This document shows, in pieces, positions 53,480 through 62,259 of a DNA stretch of 64,000 bases. Source of the DNA: an archaeon. GTDB taxonomy: Archaea; Nanobdellota; Nanobdellia; SCGC-AAA011-G17; GW2011-AR17. A program made the translations under genes and the position numbers. The notes below the pieces were generated by a model, which was not told the origin of the DNA, searched no databases, and worked only from the letters and a program-made list of their open reading frames with translations. The stretch is from the NCBI GenBank assembly GCA_043825775.1, contig JBDRRK010000013.1:6463-70462 (forward strand), given 5' to 3'. Each line of letters begins with the position of its first letter. The stretch's first letter is position 1.

Positions 53480-54742
53480 TTATAAAAACTCAGTTCCAGT
53501 TCTATTATTAAATTCGTCCCTTAGTTCTTCCATTAAAAGTTTTTTTACATCATTTTTATCAAAGTTGCTTAGTAACCAAGATAATTTAATGTAAGCAAGT
53601 TCTGGATGCATATCAGAGTAATTTCCTTGAATACCTATGTTTTGTAGTTCTCTTCCAGGGGAATATACATTTAGATTTACTCTTCCAAAAATACATTGGG
53701 TTGACATTAAAATGGGTATTTTTTTAGCTAATTTTGTTAATTTTTGTAGTATTTTTTCATTTTCTTTGTGATTTTCAATTGGCATATGACCTAGACCAGT
53801 TCCTTCAAGGATTAATCCATCATACTTATCATAGCAATCAAGTTCTTCTGCAAATAGATTAGGACGTGCCTTTAGAATGCCTACTTTTACATCTGGATTG
53901 AATTCTCTTAATGTTATTTTATTCTCTTTTTGTTCAAATGCTCTGAAAATATGAACTTTTCTTGTTTTATAGTCTACTTCTCCAATAACTGAATCATTTA
54001 TTACCTTGAAAGCATCTCTTCTTGATGAATGTAATTTTCTGCATTTTAATCCTGGAAGTATTTCACAAATATCATCATTCATTGATTTGTGCATGCATAC
54101 TCCAACTCCATTAAATTCAGTATTTGCAATAAACTCTACTGCACAGATTAGATTCATAGCTGCATCTGAAGAGCCTCTATCTGAAGATCTTTGTGCTCCT
54201 ACTAATAATACTGGTTTTGCTAATCCTTGTAGTATAAAACTTAATGCAGCTGAGGTATAATGTAATGTATCTGTTCCATGAGTTATAATAATACCAGCTA
54301 CATCTTCTAACTCTTCCTTAACTGTTTTTGCCATTTTATTATAGTCTTCGAATCTTAGATTTTCAGACATAAAATTTCCAATAAGCTTTGATTTTACATT
54401 AACTGCTTTCTCTATTTCAGGAAACATATCAATAAGCTCTTCTGGAGTAAATTTTGCTATAACCCCACCTGTTTCATAATCAACTTTAGAAGCTACTGTT
54501 CCCCCGGTATGTAGAATTGCTATTGTTTTTTTTGATTTAGATATTTTATGAGGCTTATGTTTTGTTTCTTTTTCTTTGTATTCTTTTAGAACTTTCTTTG
54601 ATTTTATGTTTTTTTTAAAAATTCCAACATTATAACCAGAGTCTAATTTTATAACTATTTTCTTATCATCTAAATTAGGCATTAATACTCCCTGAAGAGT
54701 TTTATCTCCTGTTTCTACCTCAATAAAGTCACCTGGTTTCAT
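53480..54742 (-). CDS. gatD: Glu-tRNA(Gln) amidotransferase subunit D
   Basis: KLDSGYNVG, TGGT, HGTDT, QRSSDRGSSD, HSSRRDAF; ATG 54742 preferred. Confidence 0.95.
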   Translation of the reverse strand: MKPGDFIEVETGDKTLQGVLMPNLDDKKIVIKLDSGYNVGIFKKNIKSKKVLKEYKEKETKHKPHKISKSKKTIAILHTGGTVASKVDYETGGVIAKFTPEELIDMFPEIEKAVNVKSKLIGNFMSENLRFEDYNKMAKTVKEELEDVAGIIITHGTDTLHYTSAALSFILQGLAKPVLLVGAQRSSDRGSSDAAMNLICAVEFIANTEFNGVGVCMHKSMNDDICEILPGLKCRKLHSSRRDAFKVINDSVIGEVDYKTRKVHIFRAFEQKENKITLREFNPDVKVGILKARPNLFAEELDCYDKYDGLILEGTGLGHMPIENHKENEKILQKLTKLAKKIPILMSTQCIFGRVNLNVYSPGRELQNIGIQGNYSDMHPELAYIKLSWLLSNFDKNDVKKLLMEELRDEFNNRTGTEFL

Positions 54743-54878
54743 TATATGGAAAAGTAACACCTTATGTTTATATATATTGCGCAAAAATAAGGAATTCATT
54801 TAAAAAAATATATTCTATAGAATGGAAATGTTTATATATTAGTTTTGGTCATTATAAAAATAAGAAATTTTGATTTTA

Positions 54879-54923
54879 TTTGGCGATAAAATCTAAGTTT
54901 GGCGATTTAAGTCTTTTTGGCGA
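54879..54923 (+). repeat. Three direct repeats of TTTGGCGA (54879, 54898, 54916)
   Basis: Exact 8-mers spaced 19 and 18 nt apart in the gatD/ftsZ divergent intergenic region. Confidence 0.8.
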
Positions 54924-55025
54924 AAGACGTTTTTTCTAAAGAGAGTATAGTATGTGATTATATATAAATATTTCGATAGTCCAGGCTATGCTTCAACAAG
55001 ACACCTACAAGGGGGATAAACAAAA

Positions 55026-56099
55026 ATGGATTTTTTAGTACAAAACGCAATGCAAAATGCAAACAATTTTCAGACACAAGAAACTAACATCGGACAAGCA
55101 AATATTAAGGTATTTGGCTGTGGTGGTGGTGGAACTAATGTTACTAATTGGTTATATAAAAAAGGTATCCAGGGTGCAGAGATAGTTGCATTGAATACTG
55201 ATAAACAACACTTAGATCTTGTTGAAGCAGATAAAAAACTTCTAATTGGTAAAAATTTGACTAGGGGACTTGGTTGTGGAGGATTTCCTCAAAAAGGAGC
55301 TGAAGCAGCTAAAGAACAAATGTCAGAAATAAGACATATGCTTGGAAATGCAGATATGGTATTTATTACTGCTGGAATGGGTGGAGGAACTGGAACAGGA
55401 TGTGCACCAGTTGTCGCGAAAGTTGCAAAAGAATTAGGGGCAATCGTTATTGGTAGTGTTACAATGCCTTTTTCAATCGAAAGAGCGAGAATTGATAAAG
55501 CAGAGTTTGGATTGCAACAACTGAGAGAGGAATGTGACACAGTCATAGTTATTGACAACAATAGATTAGTACAAATTGCTGGTAACTTACCAGTACAACA
55601 GGCATTTGCAGTTGCAAACGAATTGATTTCCACAATGATTAAAGGAATTGTAGAGATAATTGCAGTGCCATCGTTGGTTAACTTAGACTACGCAGATGTA
55701 AAAGCTATTATGGCTAATGGTGATGTATCTGTGATAGGAATTGGCGAAAGTGATTCAGAACAAAGAGTCGAGGAAGCAGTGAGAAGAGCATTGTCAAATC
55801 CATTGTTAGAAGTGTCATACGAAGGAGCCACAGGCGCTCTGATACATGTAGCAGGTGGAAATGATTTGACATTGGATGAAGTGAGTAAGGCTGGAAATAT
55901 GATAACTGAAGCATTAGATGCTGATGCGAATGTTATCTGGGGAGCAAGAGTTAACGAAAACATGAAGGGAAAGATTAGAGTAATGACAATAATAACAGGA
56001 GTTAATTCCCCATATATTTTGGGAAAAGGTGCTCATAAACAGAAAGCTGCTCAAGCAGTAGCTGTTTCAAGAGAACTAGGAATCGACTTAGTTAGATAG
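55026..56099 (+). CDS. ftsZ: Cell division protein FtsZ (copy B)
   Basis: GGGTGTG, NLDYAD; AGGGGG RBS. Confidence 0.97.
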   Translation: MDFLVQNAMQNANNFQTQETNIGQANIKVFGCGGGGTNVTNWLYKKGIQGAEIVALNTDKQHLDLVEADKKLLIGKNLTRGLGCGGFPQKGAEAAKEQMSEIRHMLGNADMVFITAGMGGGTGTGCAPVVAKVAKELGAIVIGSVTMPFSIERARIDKAEFGLQQLREECDTVIVIDNNRLVQIAGNLPVQQAFAVANELISTMIKGIVEIIAVPSLVNLDYADVKAIMANGDVSVIGIGESDSEQRVEEAVRRALSNPLLEVSYEGATGALIHVAGGNDLTLDEVSKAGNMITEALDADANVIWGARVNENMKGKIRVMTIITGVNSPYILGKGAHKQKAAQAVAVSRELGIDLVR

Positions 56100-56139
56100 T
56101 TATAGGGTTTACCCCCAAATTAACCCCCACGAAGACTGT

Positions 56140-56176
56140 GCTAGTATCCTCACGGGTACTAGCCTTTTTCTTTTTT
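56140..56176 (+). terminator. Hairpin plus U-tract intrinsic terminator after ftsZ copy B
   Basis: GCTAGTATCC-TCAC-GGGTACTAGC (10 bp with one G-U pair, valid on the + strand) followed by TTTTTCTTTTTT. Confidence 0.7.
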
Positions 56177-56215
56177 CTAAAAACCTTTATAAATAAATTA
56201 TTATTTTTCTATAAT

Positions 56216-57319
56216 ATGCTAGAAGAAGGAGTTATGTATTATGTTAATGATAGGAAGAGTAGACTTTTTGGTAGAATGGTCTATAGTTCATATTTAAAAG
56301 AAGAAAAGTGGAGAGCAGATTATGATTATATTGAACCTGATTTTGATTTTGATAAGCTTGAAATAAGAAGAGAACTACAACCAATGATAAGAAAAGCTGG
56401 ATGGGAAGGTATTGAAAAAATTCTTAAAGAAAGTTTATGTGAAGGGTTTTTTCACTTTACTGATTTAATGCATTTACCAAGAATTTTCAGAGAAGGATAT
56501 ATTGCTTCAAGAGCTCTTGCTATTAAAAATGGGCTTGTAAAAGTTGACTGTATTTCTGAAATTGGTAAAAACAACCATGTGGTAGAAGAGGAGAAGAAGG
56601 TTCAAGATTATGCAAGATTTACTATTCAAGCAGCTAATCCTATACAGTACAACTACCTTGGATTTAGAGAAGGAAATTGTGTTCCTCAACCATGTGTTAT
56701 TTGTGTTGATCCAAGTATAGCCTTTGCTTGGAGAGTTATGTTTTCTAAAACAAATGCAAATACAGGTGGACAAAAATATGGTAAGTCTTCTGATTTCTTA
56801 AGTGATATTCCAATAGCAAATTTGCAACATTGTTCTTGCAATAGTATTGAAGATAGATGTGCTGAATTATTATACCCTCATGGTGCCCCCATAAATTTTA
56901 TTAAAGGAATATATTTCAGAACAAAAGGTGAAATGAAACATGCAATTAACCTAACACCTGGATGGTTTTGGCATGATTTGATGGTAGAGGATTCAAGAAT
57001 GTTTGGAGAAAGGAAAGATGTTTGTTTTTTAGAAGATGTAAGTTTGGGTTCTAAAGGAAAAGAAGACCAAAGTGAATTTTCTTTGGGTAGTAATATAAGA
57101 TTTAGATTTTCCCTAAATAATCCAGATAATTCTTATGTTTGTGCTAAAGTTCTTCACGATGGAGAAAAAGCAGGGCTTTTAACTAGAAATTCCCAATCCA
57201 CACAAACCTTTGATCTTAATAAAATTGTTAGAAAAAAGGGAGATTATAAGATAAAACTTTTCTTGATTAAAGGAAAGTATAAAAGAAGGATTTATACAAC
57301 TAACTTTGTAGTTGAATAA
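56216..57319 (+). CDS. DarT-like (DUF4433) DNA ADP-ribosyltransferase domain protein
   Basis: FHFTD..HLPRIF..G.IASR, YARF, FSKTNA, AELL.P..IKGIY; promoter at 56181. Confidence 0.75.
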   Translation: MLEEGVMYYVNDRKSRLFGRMVYSSYLKEEKWRADYDYIEPDFDFDKLEIRRELQPMIRKAGWEGIEKILKESLCEGFFHFTDLMHLPRIFREGYIASRALAIKNGLVKVDCISEIGKNNHVVEEEKKVQDYARFTIQAANPIQYNYLGFREGNCVPQPCVICVDPSIAFAWRVMFSKTNANTGGQKYGKSSDFLSDIPIANLQHCSCNSIEDRCAELLYPHGAPINFIKGIYFRTKGEMKHAINLTPGWFWHDLMVEDSRMFGERKDVCFLEDVSLGSKGKEDQSEFSLGSNIRFRFSLNNPDNSYVCAKVLHDGEKAGLLTRNSQSTQTFDLNKIVRKKGDYKIKLFLIKGKYKRRIYTTNFVVE

Positions 57320-57693
57320 TTTTGTTTAAACATTCATTTATTAGAATTAGTTTCTTTAAATGAAAAGCCAGTCCCATTTCTAACAAAGTATTTGCCCCAA
57401 CATATCCTGAAATTCCTTTTTTATCATGATTTAAGATAAGAACAGCATCGCTCTATTCAACTTTATCAAAATGTTTTCTCATTGCTTTTTCTTTTTCATG
57501 CCAAATCCAGGAGTCATTGGTTGCCTCTGCTTTTCTTAGTTGATAATATTCCCTTACATCTAATAAGTTTCCTGAATTATCTTCTATTTGGGTAGGAGGC
57601 ATCTTAACTTCATGGCCTAAAAATTCTAATTTCTCCTTTGCCTGTAACATCTCATCAAAGAATGCAATACTCCCACATATAACATATTTTCAT
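57320..57693 (-). pseudogene. Nucleoside 2-deoxyribosyltransferase-like pseudogene
   Basis: Extra A after the ATG (ATG AAAA TAT GTT ATA TGT GGG AGT); TAG at a probable Trp codon (57453-55); frame continues SDAVLILN...YVGANTLLEMGLAF. Confidence 0.85.
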
Positions 57694-58100
57694 TTTACTA
57701 AGTTAAGATCTCCATTAATTACTAGGGGATTAATTGCTGTTAGTTCATCTTTAAAAATATTATCTGGAATTTCATTATAAAGATATATCTTCTTTCCTAA
57801 CTCAAATGCTTTAAATATTTCTAGAAAAGTAGCACCCCCAATATAATTTTGTTGGCCATGTTTTTCCATATTTAATATTAGAACTGCATCATTTTCTCGA
57901 ACTTTTGGTTCTTGAAGTTTCATCATGTTTTGTTTCCATTCAATATGTTCACTTTTTCCTACTTTTTTCATATCTTCTTCCTTAAATGGTTCATCAAAGG
58001 AGTTTGGAACTGTAATTATATGTCCATTTTTCTCTAATTCCTCCTTAATAGGTAGAACCCTATCATATATGTGTTTGCTACAACAAATAAATATTTTCAT
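57690..58100 (-). CDS. Nucleoside 2-deoxyribosyltransferase-like protein
   Basis: KIFICCS, DAVLILN, YIGGATFLE, GKKIYL. Confidence 0.75.
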   Translation of the reverse strand: MKIFICCSKHIYDRVLPIKEELEKNGHIITVPNSFDEPFKEEDMKKVGKSEHIEWKQNMMKLQEPKVRENDAVLILNMEKHGQQNYIGGATFLEIFKAFELGKKIYLYNEIPDNIFKDELTAINPLVINGDLNLVK

Positions 58101-58195
58101 AAGCTTTTTTAGAGCTATTTTATATTTAAAAATTTGTATTGTTTATAAACCAGAACCACAACCCTTATAAAAAAACTCACCTTTTCTTTTGTTTA

Positions 58196-58303
58196 ATGAA
58201 AGTAGTAAATTGTCATGACTGTGGGAAGAAGTTAAATGTTCACGATTCTGAATTTGTAATTATTCCTAAATACAGATGTGATGATTGTCTTAAAAAAAGA
58301 TGA
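58196..58303 (+). CDS. Unannotated 35-aa zinc-finger microprotein
   Basis: MKVVNCHDCGKK...RCDDCLKKR (two CxxC); TTATAAAA box about 25 nt upstream. Confidence 0.7.
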   Translation: MKVVNCHDCGKKLNVHDSEFVIIPKYRCDDCLKKR

Positions 58304-58413
58304 AAAACTTTTTATTAGTATACTTAAGTATAATTTCTGGTTTAACAATATTGTATTTAGTTGGATGGATGTTAAAGAAAAAAAATGATAGTGGAACTAA
58401 AGGTAAAAACTGA
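58300..58413 (+). CDS. Unannotated 37-aa single-TM microprotein
   Basis: ATGA overlap with the Zn-finger ORF; MKNFLLVYLSIISGLTILYLVGWMLKKK. Confidence 0.5.
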   Translation: MKNFLLVYLSIISGLTILYLVGWMLKKKNDSGTKGKN

Positions 58414-58774
58414 AAACCAATTTGAGATGGTTGATTTGACTGCAAAGTTAAGAGACCTTGTTAAAGATGTAAAGGAAGGAATTGTTACTTTGTATACTCC
58501 TCATTCTACTGCTGCAATTGTTGTTAATGAGAATTATGATGCAAATATCCCCAAAGATATTTTTAAATGTCTTGGATGTTTAATTCCAGAGGGCGGTTGG
58601 TTGCATGATGAGGTTGATAAGAATGCTACTGCACATATTAAGGCTGCAATATTAGGGCCTTCAGAATCAATACCCATTGAGAATGGCAAATTGTTGTTAG
58701 GTACTTGGCAAAGTCCAATGCTAGTTGACTTTGATGGGCCTAAAGAGAGAAAGGTTATTGTTCATATTCATTAG
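58385..58774 (+). CDS. yjbQ: YjbQ/UPF0047 family protein
   Basis: HSTAAI..NE, NATAHIKA, LGTWQ, DFDGP..R. Confidence 0.92.
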   Translation: MIVELKVKTENQFEMVDLTAKLRDLVKDVKEGIVTLYTPHSTAAIVVNENYDANIPKDIFKCLGCLIPEGGWLHDEVDKNATAHIKAAILGPSESIPIENGKLLLGTWQSPMLVDFDGPKERKVIVHIH

Positions 58775-58841
58775 AATATTTCCGGAAATTCTTGGTAAAT
58801 CTTTTTTAAAAAAACTTGCGTAATTGTAATTGGTGATACAA

Positions 58842-59009
58842 ATGAATGACAAAGTTGAATTAACTGACAAAAAAATAGAAGAGTTGCAAAGGCAACCAAT
58901 TATTGAGAGTAGTATGTTTAAAAGTATGGATGGCAAATGGTTCATTCATAAAACAACTACTACTTCAATTAAACCAGTAAGCTATGTAGAAAAAGTTATG
59001 GAGAGTTAA
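58842..59009 (+). CDS. Unannotated 55-aa protein
   Basis: GGTGA RBS; MNDKVELTDKKIEELQRQPII...KWFIHKTTTTSIKPVSYVEKVMES. Confidence 0.65.
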   Translation: MNDKVELTDKKIEELQRQPIIESSMFKSMDGKWFIHKTTTTSIKPVSYVEKVMES

Positions 59010-59056
59010 TTCTCTCCAAAAACCTTTTAAAGTATAAAATTTTTGAGAAACTTACA

Positions 59057-59335
59057 ATGAAAGTAAATGAACTCAAAGACAAAACAAAAGTAGATGTAAT
59101 AACCTTAAAGGTAAAATCAAAAGAAGAGCCTAGAGAGGTTAGAAATGGATTAAGATTGTGTAATCTAATTGGTGAAGATGATACTGGTAAGGTTACTGTA
59201 ACTTTATGGAACGATGATGTTGATAAAGTTAAGGCTGGAGATACTATTAAGATTACTGGTGGATGGTGTGCAGTTTACCAAGATAATATGCAAGTATCTG
59301 CTGGAAAATTTGGAACAATAGAAGTAGTAGAATAA
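59057..59335 (+). CDS. Single OB-fold ssDNA-binding protein (SSB/RPA-like)
   Basis: GEDDTGKVTVTLWND, GDTIKI, QVSAGKFG. Confidence 0.85.
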   Translation: MKVNELKDKTKVDVITLKVKSKEEPREVRNGLRLCNLIGEDDTGKVTVTLWNDDVDKVKAGDTIKITGGWCAVYQDNMQVSAGKFGTIEVVE

Positions 59336-59339
59336 AAAA

Positions 59340-59630
59340 TTAATATTGGTTTTGCGACCATTTATTATGTATTATTTCCGCTCTTTTCCCTAATTTTTGT
59401 GAGAAATATCCTTCAAGATTATTTCCAATTCTTGATACCAATTTAATTGGAGCAAGTCTTACTTGATACGGAAGAGGAATTTCTTGAGATATTGCTAATG
59501 GTTCAACTACTAGAAGGGTTTCTATTGCTCTTGCTATCCCTTCTCTAAAAGTATCTTGGGTAAATTGTCCATTTTGTGGAGCATGTGCGTCTAAAAATAC
59601 TTTATATGCTTGTTCTAAATGTTTTGTCAT
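59340..59630 (-). CDS. Hypothetical protein
   Basis: 96-aa ORF; no motif. Confidence 0.5.
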   Translation of the reverse strand: MTKHLEQAYKVFLDAHAPQNGQFTQDTFREGIARAIETLLVVEPLAISQEIPLPYQVRLAPIKLVSRIGNNLEGYFSQKLGKRAEIIHNKWSQNQY

Positions 59631-59684
59631 TGTGTCTGATTTAGAAAATTAACTTATTTAAAAACTTTTTTAAAATAAAAAAAA

Positions 59685-59897
59685 TTAGCAAGTGCAATCT
59701 TTATCATCGCACTCACAGTCATCATCATCATCTTCCATTTCTTCAACAAGCTTATCTATTTGCTCTTCAAATTCATCTTCAGTAATAACTCCTTTTTTTA
59801 CTAATAGATCTAATAATGCATCTATTTTGTGATGAGCTTCATATGCTACGTCTTCTACATCCATATCCTCTTCAACATCAAATTTTTCTTCTTTCAT
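59685..59897 (-). CDS. Small acidic protein
   Basis: AGGAGG RBS; IDALLDLLVKKGVITEDEF. Confidence 0.7.
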   Translation of the reverse strand: MKEEKFDVEEDMDVEDVAYEAHHKIDALLDLLVKKGVITEDEFEEQIDKLVEEMEDDDDDCECDDKDCTC

Positions 59898-60021
59898 TGT
59901 AAATCCTCCTAGATTTAAGTTTGAGAAAAATTAGCTGTTTATAAAAGTATTGATTTAAAACAATGGTTAGATTGTAATTAACTATATAAATTTAATTTCT
60001 AAAATAAAGAGAGGTGGTAAA

Positions 60022-60735
60022 ATGGTTGATCCAAATATACTAAGTAAAGTTCCAGGGCTAGTTGAAGAATACAACAAAGCAGATGATACATATAGCAGAA
60101 TGGTCCCAATTATCTTAAAGAAAGGATTGGAAAATGTTAATTTGAATATGTTCCCTGAACATATGCAATCAGGTCTGTTGAATGCTGTTGCTGTTGAGTT
60201 AGTTAAGAAAGGAAGAACTCAGGAAGCTATTGAAGCTTTTCTTAGAGCAAAAAACAGGCCTAAAATTATTGAAATTGGTGATAATTTCAGAAATATGAAT
60301 ATGTTTTCTCAAGCAATTGATTGTTATGAACATGCTAAAGCAAATGAAAAGTTGTTGGCTGTTGGTGAGGTTTGTTTGAGAGAGGGACAGATGATTGATG
60401 CAATCCGAGCTTTTCAATTGGTTGAGGATAAGGCCAAACTATTGTTGGTTGGGGATGAGTGTGTTAAAAGGGAGAAATTTGAGCCTGCAATTGAAGTTTT
60501 CAGATTCTTGGAGAATAGAGATAAGTTAAATATGGTTGGAGATATGTGTATTAAACATGATCAACTAATCCAAGCTGCAAAAGCATATGAACTTTCTGGA
60601 AATATGGACAAAATGAATACAGTTGGGGATATATTTATGCAAAAAGAGCAATTAAATAATGCTTATGAAGTGTATAAGATTGCCAACAATCAAGTAATGA
60701 TTGAATTCTTAAGAGAAAATTTTAAGATGGCTTAA
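60022..60735 (+). CDS. TPR-like alpha-solenoid repeat protein
   Basis: About 26-aa repeats with a VGD/E..A..AY pattern; GAGGTGG RBS. Confidence 0.75.
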   Translation: MVDPNILSKVPGLVEEYNKADDTYSRMVPIILKKGLENVNLNMFPEHMQSGLLNAVAVELVKKGRTQEAIEAFLRAKNRPKIIEIGDNFRNMNMFSQAIDCYEHAKANEKLLAVGEVCLREGQMIDAIRAFQLVEDKAKLLLVGDECVKREKFEPAIEVFRFLENRDKLNMVGDMCIKHDQLIQAAKAYELSGNMDKMNTVGDIFMQKEQLNNAYEVYKIANNQVMIEFLRENFKMA

Positions 60736-61691
60736 CCAGCTATATAAACTTTTTCTGTTTCTTTTTTTCCATTAACCCATCTAATATTTGTTCTGTTTGA
60801 ATCCATCCATCTAAAAGAATGACTATTAATAATTATTTCATCAGAATTTAAATTATATGTTGCATTTACTCTACATTTTAATTTATCATCTGGATCAATT
60901 CCAGTTAAATCTCCACAATATTGGAAACCAGTTCTACCTTGCATCCCTACTAAGTCAGATCCCCAAGGTGTTACAGTTGTTCTATAAGTTATTGCACCAT
61001 TAGTATTATCTTCTAAATCTTGATTTAATACTCCAATAACAACTTCATAAGCCCAGTTTACTCTTTCTGAAACTTCCTGTCTTTGTTTTTGATTTACTGC
61101 ATCTTTTAATTTTAATCTTTGAGGGGTCATTACATCACCATCATTAAGGGCTTTATCTAAACTCCAATTTGAAAAATAAAATTTATTATCTTCAATTGCA
61201 TTCCATTCCCTTTTATGATCAATAACTACACTTATTAAAGTTCCATCACCAAATCTTTTTTCATGTGTACAATTAAATCTTGTAAATCTGCCTTGAGATA
61301 AATCAAAATCATTTCTGTTTTTGATTACATTCATTATTCCTTGGTAACCTTCTTTTACTTTTTCTTCTGAATATTTTCTATCTACAATAGTTTTTGGATC
61401 ACTGCCCGCTTCAAAATAAAGTAATCTTGAAAGATAGATTAAATCTTTAGCTGTTAAATTGTATCCATACACTCTGTTTATTGTTTCTGCTGCTTCTTCT
61501 AATGGCATTTCTAATATTTCCTCAGTAGAAACTTTTCTTGGAACACTTTCTGGAGTCCATTTTGCTTTTTGAATTTCTTCTGGAAGACTTTCTTCTACCA
61601 TTCCATGAGGATGTAATTCAGGAATTCCTAACTTACCAGTATTTGCAACTGACAATAATGCTACAAGTCCGAGTGATGTAAATCTTTTCAT
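60732..61691 (-). CDS. SleB/CwlJ-like cell wall hydrolase (Hydrolase_2)
   Basis: LSRLLYFEAG (catalytic Glu), NVIKNR, D.TNGAITY, I.SHSF; N-terminal signal-like segment; ATG 61691 preferred. Confidence 0.8.
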   Translation of the reverse strand: MKRFTSLGLVALLSVANTGKLGIPELHPHGMVEESLPEEIQKAKWTPESVPRKVSTEEILEMPLEEAAETINRVYGYNLTAKDLIYLSRLLYFEAGSDPKTIVDRKYSEEKVKEGYQGIMNVIKNRNDFDLSQGRFTRFNCTHEKRFGDGTLISVVIDHKREWNAIEDNKFYFSNWSLDKALNDGDVMTPQRLKLKDAVNQKQRQEVSERVNWAYEVVIGVLNQDLEDNTNGAITYRTTVTPWGSDLVGMQGRTGFQYCGDLTGIDPDDKLKCRVNATYNLNSDEIIINSHSFRWMDSNRTNIRWVNGKKETEKVYIAG

Positions 61692-61692
61692 T

Positions 61693-62259
61693 TTAGTTAC
61701 ACTTATGATATCCTTCTGGAGCACTTACACTAATATGTACATGCCCTTCATGATACCCATCTCCTTGAAAGAATGATTGTGGTAAGTTACATTTTGATAC
61801 TGCACTTCTTGGACCAAATGCTTTTCTTGCTCTACATTCATATGCAACTGTTGCTAATTCACAAGCATTTCCTTCATTTTTAAAATCTACTGCTAAAGAA
61901 CCTTCATAATGGTCTTTACATCCATAGTGTGCTGAATTCTTTGTATGTGCACAGGATTTATCATAATTATCTTGACAGTGTTCGAATCCTGCAGAATCAC
62001 TTATACTTAGGATTGTTGCTTCTGTTGAAAGTTTGGATTGCATACAGTTTAGTAAATCTGTTAATTTTGGAGAGGCATCTTTTCTTTGTTTTTCAATTCC
62101 AGGTGCATAGTTCCAATCCTTTAAAGAAGGAGTTGATTCTCTTGGAGTACATTGACAAGATATTTCATTTGCATTTAAGTAAGAACCAAGACTAATAAAT
62201 GAGCCTAGAGCTACTAAAGTTATAATTCCTTTCTTTGCCCTTTGTAATATGTCTGTCAT
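61693..62259 (-). CDS. Secreted M15/LAS-family Zn peptidase-like protein
   Basis: SAH...LAVD...HVH Zn ligands; N-terminal hydrophobic signal; many Cys. Confidence 0.65.
   Translation of the reverse strand: MTDILQRAKKGIITLVALGSFISLGSYLNANEISCQCTPRESTPSLKDWNYAPGIEKQRKDASPKLTDLLNCMQSKLSTEATILSISDSAGFEHCQDNYDKSCAHTKNSAHYGCKDHYEGSLAVDFKNEGNACELATVAYECRARKAFGPRSAVSKCNLPQSFFQGDGYHEGHVHISVSAPEGYHKCN

Noticed and set aside
56100-56164. Minus-strand small RNA starting at 56164 with a GNRA-capped hairpin
   Set aside because: The stem has a G-U pair only on the + strand and a U-tract follows it there, so a + strand terminator is simpler
57453-57455. In-frame TAG as a sign of stop-codon reassignment
   Set aside because: TAG, TGA and TAA all end conserved genes here (glyS, cysS, rpoB), and the same gene also has a frameshift
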